DNA of 64,000 bases, from NCBI GenBank assembly GCA_001002765.1, contig LCMS01000002.1, positions 1,454 through 65,453 of the forward strand, in the 5' to 3' direction. Both the position numbers and the translations under genes were made by a program. Below the pieces are notes generated by a model. It ran no database searches and was not told the DNA's origin. It was given only the letters and a program-made list of their open reading frames with translations. Below are positions 19,199 through 28,158 of the stretch, piece after piece. The DNA is from Candidatus Uhrbacteria bacterium GW2011_GWE2_46_68 (lineage in GTDB: Bacteria; Patescibacteriota; Patescibacteriia; UBA9934; GWF2-40-263). Within the stretch, counting starts at the first letter, position 1, and each line of letters starts with the position of its first letter.

Positions 19199-19261
19199 CA
19201 GACAACAGAGAGCATAACAAACCATCCTCATTTTTTCAATAAAAAAGGACGCCATTTTCGT

Positions 19262-19804
19262 TTAGGCGTCTTGGTCAAAATGCACAGTGCAGCGAGCCTC
19301 ATAGGCATCTTTGGCGCCAACGAGGACGAGTTCTTTTGCAGGAACGATGCGTTGGCTGTGGTAGGCGGGCTGTCCGCAGATACTGCACATGGCGTGTTGA
19401 GGGTAGATCTCAAAGGCTTCTTGAAGCAATCTTGCCATGGGCCCGAAGGCTTTTCCGCGATAGTCGCGGTTGAGGCCTGCGGCAATAACCCACTTGCGAT
19501 GGACATAGACGAGAGCATGGATCACCTCGACGATTTCCTCATCAAAAAATTGCACTTCTTCGATTCCGATCACATCCACATCATGCTCAAGAACATAGGC
19601 GAGGATTTCCCTTGCCGTTTTTTTAATTTCGGCGGGGAACCTATCTCCATTGTGCGTAGAAGTACAGGCATCCTCTCCACAGCGATTGTCTACTTCGGGT
19701 TTGAACAAGACTACATGCCGTTTGGCGTGATGGGCACGGCGCAGGCGTCGGATCAACTCTTCGGTTTTGCCGGCATACATGGGGCCGACAATGAGCTCGA
19801 ACAT
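19262..19804 (-). CDS. tdk: Thymidine kinase
   Basis: P-loop GPMYAGKTEELIRR and the C-terminal zinc ribbon CSICGQPA...C. Confidence 0.9.
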   Translation of the reverse strand: MFELIVGPMYAGKTEELIRRLRRAHHAKRHVVLFKPEVDNRCGEDACTSTHNGDRFPAEIKKTAREILAYVLEHDVDVIGIEEVQFFDEEIVEVIHALVYVHRKWVIAAGLNRDYRGKAFGPMARLLQEAFEIYPQHAMCSICGQPAYHSQRIVPAKELVLVGAKDAYEARCTVHFDQDA

Positions 19805-19925
19805 GGGCTGAAGCGGAAGGGAACAGGGGGTTGCCATCATGAATCACTCCATGGGTAAAAAAGAACCGTCTGTATTATAACAGACGGTGCTTTTTGGTGG
19901 TGTGGATGAATGGGGATGAGAACTA

Positions 19926-20879
19926 TTATTTTTTGGCTCGTTTTACATCACGCAGTTCGCGCCAAGAAAGCCCGAGGAAAATAAGGAGTAAGAGTGTTGT
20001 GTTGAGCGGGGCAATCCAAAAAGGAAATTCTTTACCAAAACTCTCAAGGACCATAATGGCTCCTAAAAATCCAATGGAGTACATAGCGCCATTTTTAAGA
20101 TAGGCGAATTTGGAAATGAAATTCATGCCTTTCACGGTAAATTCCCGAACCACAAACGCTCCAAGACCATTACCCAGTAAGATCAGGGGAACAGAAAGAG
20201 TAAAGGCAAACGCCCCGATCACGCCATCAATGGAAAAGGAAGCATCCAAAACTTCCAGGTAGAGCAATTTGCTCCAGGCACTCATACTGCTTTTCTTTTC
20301 CAATTTTTGTTCTGCTGCCTCGGCATTTTTACGAAAACCATCGGTGATGAAAAACGCGGTGGATCCAATAGAGGCGGCAAGAGCCAACAGAGCATTTTCT
20401 TTGATGGAAAAATAAATTACGGCCGTAATAAACAAAGAAGAAACGGCATAGAACCATACGCTTTGTCGATGGAGAAAATGTTCAACCAAGAAGGCGTATT
20501 TTTTTTCTTCCAAAAAAAGCCAAGAAAGAAAAACAAAGAAAAGGTAGACCCCACCTCCCAAAAGGAGAAGTGGCTTGGAATGCTCGAGAGATTGTTCGAC
20601 AAGAAGAGGGTCAGAAAAAGAGAGGCGGAATACTTCGGGAAGAGAGAGGCTGGCATTTGCAAGCCATACAATAACAAAAGGAAGAATTCCTCGCATGACG
20701 AAAACCGCTAGGAGCAGCCCCCAGAAAAGAAAAAACTTCCGATATTTTTCCGGTACGGTTTTGAGAACATGTGCATTGACAACTGCGTTATCAATCGAGC
20801 TGATGATCTCAAAAAGTGCCAGGCCGAATAAAATAATAAAAGATTGGAACATAGCATTGTTTCCATTATAGCATTTCAA
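19926..20879 (-). CDS. TerC/DUF475-like integral membrane protein
   Basis: SIDNAVVNA motif and multi-TM topology. A bidirectional terminator lies at 19862-19900. Confidence 0.5.
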   Translation of the reverse strand: MKCYNGNNAMFQSFIILFGLALFEIISSIDNAVVNAHVLKTVPEKYRKFFLFWGLLLAVFVMRGILPFVIVWLANASLSLPEVFRLSFSDPLLVEQSLEHSKPLLLLGGGVYLFFVFLSWLFLEEKKYAFLVEHFLHRQSVWFYAVSSLFITAVIYFSIKENALLALAASIGSTAFFITDGFRKNAEAAEQKLEKKSSMSAWSKLLYLEVLDASFSIDGVIGAFAFTLSVPLILLGNGLGAFVVREFTVKGMNFISKFAYLKNGAMYSIGFLGAIMVLESFGKEFPFWIAPLNTTLLLLIFLGLSWRELRDVKRAKK

Positions 20880-20892
20880 AGAAAAAATCCTC

Positions 20893-21588
20893 TTAAGGAG
20901 AGGATCTTTTTTGTTTGAGAAGTTGTTTTTCCGATAGGGTCAATCTTTCGGTGGCATAAGAGAAGGCAATGGCGGAAAAAGTGCGGATATGAGTATGGAA
21001 AAATGCGAGTGTCTCCTTCGCATAAAGGGTGTGACATTCTCGCAGAGTCCACCCCACAGCCTTTTGAACATAGGGGTCAGGATCTTTCAGGAGAATTTTT
21101 ATGAGAGGAAGGATTTTTGATGGGGGAAGATATTTTCGTTTGGGAGAGGCGTAGAGAATGAGAGGAACGATGGAGTTCCGTCGCTCCCAAGGATTGAGGG
21201 ATCGGTTCCATTTTTTAAGTGTTGGATAGACAAGTTTTGGGAAACGCTCGAGGAGAAAGGAATAGATTTTTGAGAGCATGTCCGAGTGTTCCCAGCCATC
21301 GATGCGGGAGATCCAGGATTTGAGCATTGCCCAATCTTTGGGGGTCAGTTTGTCCTTGCGTTCCTCGAAATAAAAAAGGGGAAGATGCATGGCTTCATGG
21401 ACAAGAGCTTCACGCCAAATAGTGTTCCAGATTTTTGATTGTGTTTCGTGAGGTTTGTCAGAAAAAGAAAACCCTTTTTTATAGAGGGCGCGCAGATGAG
21501 GGAGACGAATACCCAAACAAGAATAGTGTGTGCATTTTTTTCGAAAGGCACAATAATCTGTACTCGGTTCTGCCAGGGGTTTCAGCAT
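20893..21588 (-). CDS. DNA alkylation repair enzyme (AlkC/AlkD-like HEAT-repeat) family protein
   Basis: KAVGWTLRE and W..R... repeats. Start trimmed to MLKPL (21588) because the longer ORF overlaps the sodA 3' end. Confidence 0.5.
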   Translation of the reverse strand: MLKPLAEPSTDYCAFRKKCTHYSCLGIRLPHLRALYKKGFSFSDKPHETQSKIWNTIWREALVHEAMHLPLFYFEERKDKLTPKDWAMLKSWISRIDGWEHSDMLSKIYSFLLERFPKLVYPTLKKWNRSLNPWERRNSIVPLILYASPKRKYLPPSKILPLIKILLKDPDPYVQKAVGWTLRECHTLYAKETLAFFHTHIRTFSAIAFSYATERLTLSEKQLLKQKRSSP

Positions 21589-21616
21589 GTGCAGAATTTC
21601 TTGAAGAGAAGTTTTT

Positions 21617-22246
21617 TTAGGAGAGGAGTGAGGTGACATAGTTCCAGTTGATATGGTTCCAAAAATTTTCCACAAAACGCGCGCGATCATTTCGATAATC
21701 AATATAATAGGCATGCTCCCAAAGATCGAGGGTGAGAAGGGGTTTTTGTGAGGTGGCCACAGGGGTCTCTGCATTGGTTGTCGAAAGGATGCCTAAAGTG
21801 GTATCAGGATTTTGAACAAGCCAGATCCACCCTGAGCCAAAGAGGGCAAGGGCGGTATCAGTGAATATCCTTGTAAACTCATTTTCTGATTTGAAAGAAG
21901 CGGAGAGACGTTTTTGTAGAGATTCCGGAATAGACTGAGTTTCGGAGGAAAGGCAATTCCAGAAAAAAGCATGATTGAAGTGTTGTGCGGCAGGATGGAA
22001 AATACTAGGAGTATTTCCGCGCGTACCCTCAATGATTTTTTCCAAAGTTTTTTCTGCCCAGGGGGTATTTTCGATCATGGCATTCAATGTGGCAACATAA
22101 CCGGCATGATGTTTGCCATGGTGGTAATCAAAGGTTTCTTTGGAAAGAAATTCTTTGAGGGCGTTTGAATCAAATGGGAGAGAGGGGAGAGAGAACATAA
22201 AGATTGCGGAAAGAATATTGACTGTACTGTAGCGGAAAAAGGGCAA
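21617..22246 (-). CDS. sodA: Fe/Mn superoxide dismutase
   Basis: HHGKHHAGYV, DLWEHAYY and metal-ligand His/Asp residues. Confidence 0.9.
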   Translation of the reverse strand: MPFFRYSTVNILSAIFMFSLPSLPFDSNALKEFLSKETFDYHHGKHHAGYVATLNAMIENTPWAEKTLEKIIEGTRGNTPSIFHPAAQHFNHAFFWNCLSSETQSIPESLQKRLSASFKSENEFTRIFTDTALALFGSGWIWLVQNPDTTLGILSTTNAETPVATSQKPLLTLDLWEHAYYIDYRNDRARFVENFWNHINWNYVTSLLS

Positions 22247-22524
22247 AACAAAAATATCCGACCAAGGTCAGATATTTTTATGTGGAGCGGGAAACGGGGA
22301 TCTCACCTTTCCATGGGGGAACGTCGTTCCCCCTCTGGAGCCCTGCACCATGTAAGGTGCAGGGCTGTCACCCCTTCCTCCTTTAGAGTCTATCGAGGAA
22401 AACTTCCGTTTTCCTCGAGCTCCTTTCCCTGGGTTCGATTCCCGTTTTTTATTTTCTCCAATTAAAAATATCCGACCAAGGTCAGATATTTTTATGTGGA
22501 GCGGGAAACGGGGATCGAACCCGC
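22246..22524. repeat. Direct duplication of the tRNA-Gly 3' end plus its terminator hairpin (22246-22310 and 22461-22524), flanking a 150-nt hairpin-rich segment
   Basis: About 55 nt repeated exactly: AAAAATATCCGACCAAGGTCAGATATTTTTATGTGGAGCGGGAAACGGGGATC. Confidence 0.75.
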
Positions 22525-22571
22525 GGCCTTCTCCTTGGCAAGGAGACGCTCTACCACTGAGCTACTCCCGC
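22497..22571 (-). tRNA. tRNA-Gly (anticodon GCC)
   Basis: Hand-folded: GCGGGAG acceptor, anticodon loop TTGCCAA, T-loop TTCGATC, CCA encoded. Followed by a hairpin plus T-run terminator. Confidence 0.8.
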
Positions 22572-22645
22572 GCGGTAGTGGAAAAAATATAGCATTCTAG
22601 ATAAGGAGTGGCAAGAGTCTTTAGAGTGTGGGAGTGAATATGAGC

Positions 22646-23176
22646 TCACTCCTGCCAAGCCGGAATTCCTAGGAAAGTATCAATGACCCCAAATCGTCTG
22701 TCTACAATATCAAAACGTTGATCCATCCCATCCAATCGTTCGTCTACCATATCAAATCTTTTATTTACCACCTCGAATCGTTCATCAATAATATCAAATT
22801 TTTCATCCACAATATCAAAACGTTTATCCATTTCATCCAGTCTTTCATCTGTTCTTGTCAATTGAAGTCTGATAGCAGCTGTTTCACTATCGAGTTTGAG
22901 AGACAGGCGAACAATGGCATCACCATTAGCTGCTGTTTCGTGTTTAAGAAACAAGATATTATTTTCTGTACGTTCAAACTGTTGTTGCGTGATCACGATA
23001 AAATCATCCAGTGTTTGCGCGATTTGATCCACCTTATCACCAAGTTGATCAATTTTTTCTCCCAGAAAATCCACTTTTTGCTCCAGGCGATCCGTTTTTT
23101 CTCCCCAAAAATTTACCTTGCGCTCCAAGGAAGTTGTCGTCGTAAAGAATTCTTTTTGTGTGACAAAGGATTCCAT
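22646..23176 (-). CDS. Repeat protein with about 11-residue acidic/basic heptad-like repeats, unknown function
   Basis: The C-terminal half consists of RFD.VDE(K/R)FD units repeated more than 6 times. Confidence 0.45.
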   Translation of the reverse strand: MESFVTQKEFFTTTTSLERKVNFWGEKTDRLEQKVDFLGEKIDQLGDKVDQIAQTLDDFIVITQQQFERTENNILFLKHETAANGDAIVRLSLKLDSETAAIRLQLTRTDERLDEMDKRFDIVDEKFDIIDERFEVVNKRFDMVDERLDGMDQRFDIVDRRFGVIDTFLGIPAWQE

Positions 23177-23230
23177 AGCGAAGATATTATAGCACGCCCC
23201 GATCTATGCCGGGGCGTGCTATTTTCAGGC

Positions 23231-23440
23231 TTAAGAAGCGGGTTGTTGGTTACGCATTTGTTCACGCATCCATCGGATACCCGAACGGTTGCCTGCGCAA
23301 TATTGTTCTTTGGCAACGAACATGATGAAGTCGCGCAGTTTTGAGGTGTGGAAGTCATCAAGTCCGCACTCTTCTGCAAGCGCTTGCACACGCTCGATAA
23401 AAGGAAGATGCCATTTATTGGTTTGAGGTGAGTCGCTCAT
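23231..23440 (-). CDS. Small conserved-looking hypothetical protein (69 aa)
   Basis: ORF followed by a 12-bp-stem hairpin at 23180-23225. Confidence 0.35.
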   Translation of the reverse strand: MSDSPQTNKWHLPFIERVQALAEECGLDDFHTSKLRDFIMFVAKEQYCAGNRSGIRWMREQMRNQQPAS

Positions 23441-23547
23441 AGGAAGGTGTTAAAGGTGGATGAGAAGTCGCGCGCAGGAGTTCAATCACATATTCTCCCA
23501 ATAAAGTGGAGACCACAGAGGAAACTCCATAGGCAAAAGCCTTATGT

Positions 23548-26500
23548 TCAATGCGTTTCTTGAGTTCCGAGGCGGAGAGGGCGATGGGTGACATAGGATT
23601 TAATTCGTGGAGCGAAATAAGAGAGAGCAAAACCGGCGAGGATAACCAGAGCGGCCGTCGTAAGCACCAGGGCAATACGTTTAGAGGTTTGTTCTTGTGC
23701 GATTAATCCGGTCATGGTTGTGTCTTCGGTTGTGGATACAAGAATTTTGATATCTTCAGCAAAGCGCGGAAGCAAAACCAGTTGGTCATTGGATTTCGTA
23801 AGAATTCCTGTGACAGCCATGTGTGCGCCTGTTGAAAAATTTGCAGGGGTGAGTCCAGTGACAGAGGCAAGCCGCACCGTCAGCTGTATCCCGTCTTCTT
23901 CCAAGAGGATGGATGAATTTTCTTTGGATACGACGATGCCAGAGACTGTTATCAATATGCCTGTTTTTTCCGTTGAGATTTCAGTAAGAGTCATTGAAGC
24001 TGCTTCGAGATTGGATGGGTTTTTTTGAACAACAATATCTTGTTGTTCACTAATTTTAATCCTTCGTTCTTCTCGACTTGTGCTCATTACTCCTTTCACA
24101 GTCACTTCGTCTCCTTCTTGAAGCACGGGGAAATCCGCGTTGTATTGATAGATTTGGATACCGGAGGTTTCGTCTTGGATATAGAAGATTTGTTTTCCAA
24201 GAATGCCCGGAACCACACTGACAATACCGGTTACCTGCACAGGTGTGTCATCGGCAAGAGTGCGGACTTGATCCATTGTTACCAAGTAGCCAGAAGAGGT
24301 GTTGGGCCGATCCACGGCAAGAGTGGTGGTTGTCTTTTCTCCGGCAGAGACGATGGTGTTGGTTGTTGTAACGGAAGAAGGTTTGTCCACTTGAGTCGTC
24401 GGAAAAGCATTTGGTTCATTTGCTGTAGGGTGGGAAGTCCAATCCCAAGATCCGTGGATACGTGCCAAGGATTGGCCCTGGTTTGTTTTTTCATACGTCA
24501 CCTGATCAAGCAGTTTGTAAGAAGGATCATAGAGGGAAACCGTATCTCCAAGATTATTGAGTGCCAGAGCTGTAACTTCTCGCATGAGAGCCATAACCGA
24601 GACATTGGAAAGATTTTGATGTGTGGAAAAAATAAATTGTTTTCCTGAAGCATCTTCAAGGATCACACCAAAGAGATCGACCGGACTGTCCCCTACATTT
24701 TCAATTTCAATAAATTCCTCAACCTCATCAGATCCATTGGTATTGGGATAGATTTCAGAAAGACGAAGTGCGGTGTAGTCATAAGAAACATTGGTTTCCT
24801 CCTGTGTTTCAGATACGCCTGACGACGTCGTGTCCGTCGTTGTTTCCTCCGCGGTTGAAATAGTATTCACCATTCCAGGTGTGACAGTTTCCGTTTCTTT
24901 CCAAGTTCCTTCAGCTGTTTTTGCAAGCGCATATCCTTTTTTGGGAGCGGGAATTTCCGCGGCCCCATAGATAAGCGTATCAATCACGTTTCCTTGTCCA
25001 TCTTTGAGAATCAAAGTGTCACCATCGTTATTGAGAACGCCTTTGGGAGAGGGAACGATGAGATAGGATTTTGGCGCGAGTGTTCCTTCACCCAGATTCG
25101 TTTGTTTACCTGTCGCATCTTCGAGTGTCCAGTGTGTAAGCGCGATTTCATTGGTTCCTGGATGATAGATTTCCACCCATTCCACTTCTCCTTCCAAAGG
25201 GCTCGAGACGAGTTCGTTTAAAAGAAGATCACCGGATTGGTAGGAGAGAACCGATGTCACATCTTCAATATTTTCCGTTTCCGTGATGGTTTTTTCCTCG
25301 ACAGATTCTTCCTCGATTGTCACCTCTGGAAGTTCGGTCGTAAAGATATTTTCTTGTCCTGGTGTAGGTGTTGTGGTAGCGATCAAGGTTCCCTCTTGTG
25401 TGTGAGCATAAGCAGAAGGGTCACTCAATGCGGGAAGATCATCGGTTCCGTACATAATAGTTTCAATGATAGTTCCAGAGGCATTAGACAAGATGATCGT
25501 ATCTTCATCATTATTTAATTTCCCCGCAGGTTCGCTGATAAGATAATAACTTTGTGCGGCCATGGTTCCTTCAAGTGTGGTGATTTTTCCTGCCGCATCC
25601 GCAAGAGTATAACCAGTAAGATCAAGGGGAACATCGGAGTTGTTATAGAGCTCCACAAACTCGAAAGCATCTTCGGAAGGATCAGAGACAAACTCGGAGA
25701 TAAAGAGGGAAGGACTCACCGTTTCTTCAGAAGTATTTTCTGTGATGATTTCGGTTGTGAAGATATTTTCTTGTCCTGGTGTTGGTGTTGTCGTGGTGAC
25801 CAAGGTTCCTTCTTGTGTGCGTGCATAAGCGGAGGGATCACTCAAGGCAGGAAGATCATCGGTTCCGAAGATAACGGTTTCCACGATTGTGCCACTAGGA
25901 TCAGTAAGGATGATCGTATCTCCATCATTGTTTAATTTTCCTGCAGGTTCAGAAACAAGATAATAACTTTGTGCGGCTATAGTTCCTTCAAGGGTGGTGA
26001 TTTTTCCTGCCGCGTCTGCAATGGTATAGCCCGTGAGATCAAGAGGAAGATCAGTATTGTTGTAGAGCTCGATAAACTCGAAGGCGCCTTCGGAAGGATC
26101 GGAAACAAATTCGGAGATGAAGAGGGAAGGCAGAACAATCTCTTGCTCGACAATAGTTTCCTCGATATCTTCCACAACCTCCTCTGTTGTTGTACTTTCC
26201 GTTTCGGTCAAAACAGATTCTTCTTGTACAGGAGTATCGGACGTTTCCTCTACAATCGTCGTCGTTTCAAAAGAGTAGAAACCCGGCGTTCCAAGATCAT
26301 TTATACCTTCTTTTATTCCGGTTTGAGCAGTGGTCGCTGTCCAAGCATCGGGGAAAGTTCCATCCAAAAGAGGATAGACACGTTCCATGGAAGCATAGGG
26401 GCCACCCAAAGAAGTTCCTCCCGAATTTCCGGCCAGAGGGACGGATCCATCTCCGGCCACATCCAGGATTTCTCCCTGCGCATTTGAAAAAGTGATTTGA

Positions 26501-26874
26501 AGCGCAGAGTTTGAGAGGGAAATACTGCTGGTGATATACGAAGGCACTGTCGACACAACGGCGTTTTCGTGGGCAATATCGTAGTTTGCGATGAGAAAGG
26601 TTGAGTAAGGTGTGATAAGAGAGCCTTCGGGCAAGGTAATTACGCTTCCCGAGGAAGCTGCGCCCAGAAGTTCATAACCAGAAAGATCAATCGTAGCGTC
26701 CGTTGGATTTGCAAGCTCAATCCATTCATCCGAGGCACTTAGTGAAGATCCTGCCCAGGCGATTTCAGAGATAAAGACGGTGGCGGGTGTTGCCGCTTGT
26801 GCAGAAGGTGCAAAAAGAATTCCGCAGAGAAAGAACCCCATCACCCAATGAGAAAAATTTTTCCATCGTTGCAT
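23548..26874 (-). CDS. Large secreted/surface protein with multiple Lamin-Tail-Domain (LTD) repeats, a Thr/Glu-rich linker and a C-terminal TM anchor
   Basis: At least four LTD-like units (e.g. EWIELANPTDATIDLSGYEL and FEFIELYNNTDLPLDLTGYTIADAAGK...NNDGDTIIL). Signal peptide MQRWKNF...APSAQA. Start trimmed to 26874. Near-identical 290-bp DNA repeats at 25270-25560 and 25690-25980. Confidence 0.65.
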   Translation of the reverse strand: MQRWKNFSHWVMGFFLCGILFAPSAQAATPATVFISEIAWAGSSLSASDEWIELANPTDATIDLSGYELLGAASSGSVITLPEGSLITPYSTFLIANYDIAHENAVVSTVPSYITSSISLSNSALQITFSNAQGEILDVAGDGSVPLAGNSGGTSLGGPYASMERVYPLLDGTFPDAWTATTAQTGIKEGINDLGTPGFYSFETTTIVEETSDTPVQEESVLTETESTTTEEVVEDIEETIVEQEIVLPSLFISEFVSDPSEGAFEFIELYNNTDLPLDLTGYTIADAAGKITTLEGTIAAQSYYLVSEPAGKLNNDGDTIILTDPSGTIVETVIFGTDDLPALSDPSAYARTQEGTLVTTTTPTPGQENIFTTEIITENTSEETVSPSLFISEFVSDPSEDAFEFVELYNNSDVPLDLTGYTLADAAGKITTLEGTMAAQSYYLISEPAGKLNNDEDTIILSNASGTIIETIMYGTDDLPALSDPSAYAHTQEGTLIATTTPTPGQENIFTTELPEVTIEEESVEEKTITETENIEDVTSVLSYQSGDLLLNELVSSPLEGEVEWVEIYHPGTNEIALTHWTLEDATGKQTNLGEGTLAPKSYLIVPSPKGVLNNDGDTLILKDGQGNVIDTLIYGAAEIPAPKKGYALAKTAEGTWKETETVTPGMVNTISTAEETTTDTTSSGVSETQEETNVSYDYTALRLSEIYPNTNGSDEVEEFIEIENVGDSPVDLFGVILEDASGKQFIFSTHQNLSNVSVMALMREVTALALNNLGDTVSLYDPSYKLLDQVTYEKTNQGQSLARIHGSWDWTSHPTANEPNAFPTTQVDKPSSVTTTNTIVSAGEKTTTTLAVDRPNTSSGYLVTMDQVRTLADDTPVQVTGIVSVVPGILGKQIFYIQDETSGIQIYQYNADFPVLQEGDEVTVKGVMSTSREERRIKISEQQDIVVQKNPSNLEAASMTLTEISTEKTGILITVSGIVVSKENSSILLEEDGIQLTVRLASVTGLTPANFSTGAHMAVTGILTKSNDQLVLLPRFAEDIKILVSTTEDTTMTGLIAQEQTSKRIALVLTTAALVILAGFALSYFAPRIKSYVTHRPLRLGTQETH

Positions 26875-27111
26875 ACAGGAGAATGTAAGATGAATAAATC
26901 CCGGGATGCCTACCGCGCGGCCGCAGCGGTAGGCAACAAAAGAAGAACCCCTTTGCGGGGGTTCTTCTTTTGTTAGCTCCATCACATCAATTTTTTTTGC
27001 ATTTGTCAATCGTCGTATGGGGACAACTTTACGTTACGAGAAAATTTTTCAGTTTCTAATATCATCGACGCCCACAGGTAAGTTTGTGTGGCATCGATGA
27101 TTTAATAACAA

Positions 27112-27660
27112 CTACTTAAACCACGCCACAACAGAAAGACTTGAAGCAATACGGGAATATTTTTTATAAGAATTGATAATTTTTATCTCTATTTTTTTTC
27201 GAAGACGAATAAGTTTACTGTTTTCACATTTTAAATTTGACGGAGAAACACTTTCTGGACCCCGTACTTTAAAATACTCGATAAAATCACTTCTTAAACT
27301 GTCGTCGATAACATTAAAGTTGTTGACGGTGTATTCAAAAAATTCTTGCTCATCAAAAACTATTCCACTATTTTTTCTTACAGTTTTCTCTGATGCTGAG
27401 GGAATTTGATCAAAATTAAATGAATGAAACCAACCACAGTTTTCTTTATTATGAATTTTATCGGCTATTGAAACTGAAAAATCTTCTCTCATTTTTACAA
27501 AAGCGTAAGCAATCGTGTAAAAATTATCTAGTTTTATCTTTGCTTTTCGTTTTTTGTTTCTAGAAAGGGGCAAGAAAATTTCTATTGCCAAAACAGAGGA
27601 TATAATTCCTAAAATAGCGCTGATTATTTCTTGATAACTTTCGATAAAATCAGAAAACAT
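27112..27660 (-). CDS. AT-rich orphan hypothetical protein with an N-terminal TM helix
   Basis: Start trimmed to MFSDF (27660). The upstream extension of the ORF translates the repeat element. Visibly lower G+C than the flanks. Confidence 0.35.
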   Translation of the reverse strand: MFSDFIESYQEIISAILGIISSVLAIEIFLPLSRNKKRKAKIKLDNFYTIAYAFVKMREDFSVSIADKIHNKENCGWFHSFNFDQIPSASEKTVRKNSGIVFDEQEFFEYTVNNFNVIDDSLRSDFIEYFKVRGPESVSPSNLKCENSKLIRLRKKIEIKIINSYKKYSRIASSLSVVAWFK

Positions 27661-27743
27661 AAATTTTTTTGGTGGCCTGCCACCCGTCCGCCCGGATAAG
27701 ACTGTGGCGGATCCGCCTCTGGCGGAAAGCTCCGAAGGAATAA

Positions 27744-27810
27744 CAGTTTCAGAGTCCTCCTTCGTCCCGCCATCGGCGGGACTTCGGAGGGGCATCCCGC
27801 CTACGGCGGG
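27744..27810. repeat. Structured repeat copy C plus a second hairpin (CATCCCGCC-TAC-GGCGGGATG), immediately 3' of tRNA-Leu(TAG)
   Basis: GTCCTCC-TTCG-TCCCGCC-ATCG-GCGGGAC-TTCG-GAGGGGC. The outer stem CCTCC/GGAGG carries a compensatory change relative to the other copies. Confidence 0.7.
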
Positions 27811-27811
27811 A

Positions 27812-27896
27812 TGGTGGGCGAGGAGAGACTCGAACTCTCACGGGAAAACCCACATGGTCCTAAGCCATGCGCGTATGCCAATTCCGCCACTCGCCC
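27812..27896 (-). tRNA. tRNA-Leu (anticodon TAG)
   Basis: Hand-folded: anticodon loop CTTAGGA, long variable arm, T-loop TTCGAGT, CCA encoded. Confidence 0.75.
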
Positions 27897-27904
27897 ACGT
27901 GACA

Positions 27905-28089
27905 ATATAGTCATTACATCGTGAAACGAGATTTATCCATCCGCAATGATGGCGGTCTGCTTGTCCTTCGCACAGAAAAATCCTCAATGTATCTACGGAT
28001 ACATCTGCGGTTTTTCTATGCTGCAGGACGGCGCATCCCATCCATCCTTGCGGCGTCTAAAGTCTCGTTTCACGATGTAATGACTATAT
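27905..28089. repeat. About 185-bp element bounded by a perfect 27-bp inverted repeat (ATATAGTCATTACATCGTGAAACGAGA)
   Basis: IR arms at 27905-27931 and 28063-28089. Partial internal dyad symmetry. Directly abuts the 5' side of tRNA-Leu(TAG). Confidence 0.7.
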
Positions 28090-28158
28090 TTGTAACATGA
28101 TCCGCGTCTTTCTTCAACGAAAAAACGCCCGTTTGTGGGCGTCCGTTGTGAGATCTTA

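Noticed and set aside
22283-22460. tmRNA or second tRNA hypothesis for the insert between the tRNA-Gly 3' duplications
   Set aside because: The T-arm-like GGGTTCGATTCCC and acceptor-like ends do not assemble into a cloverleaf. The segment (about 180 nt) is far too short for tmRNA, and no tag-peptide reading frame ending in ALAA-like residues is present.
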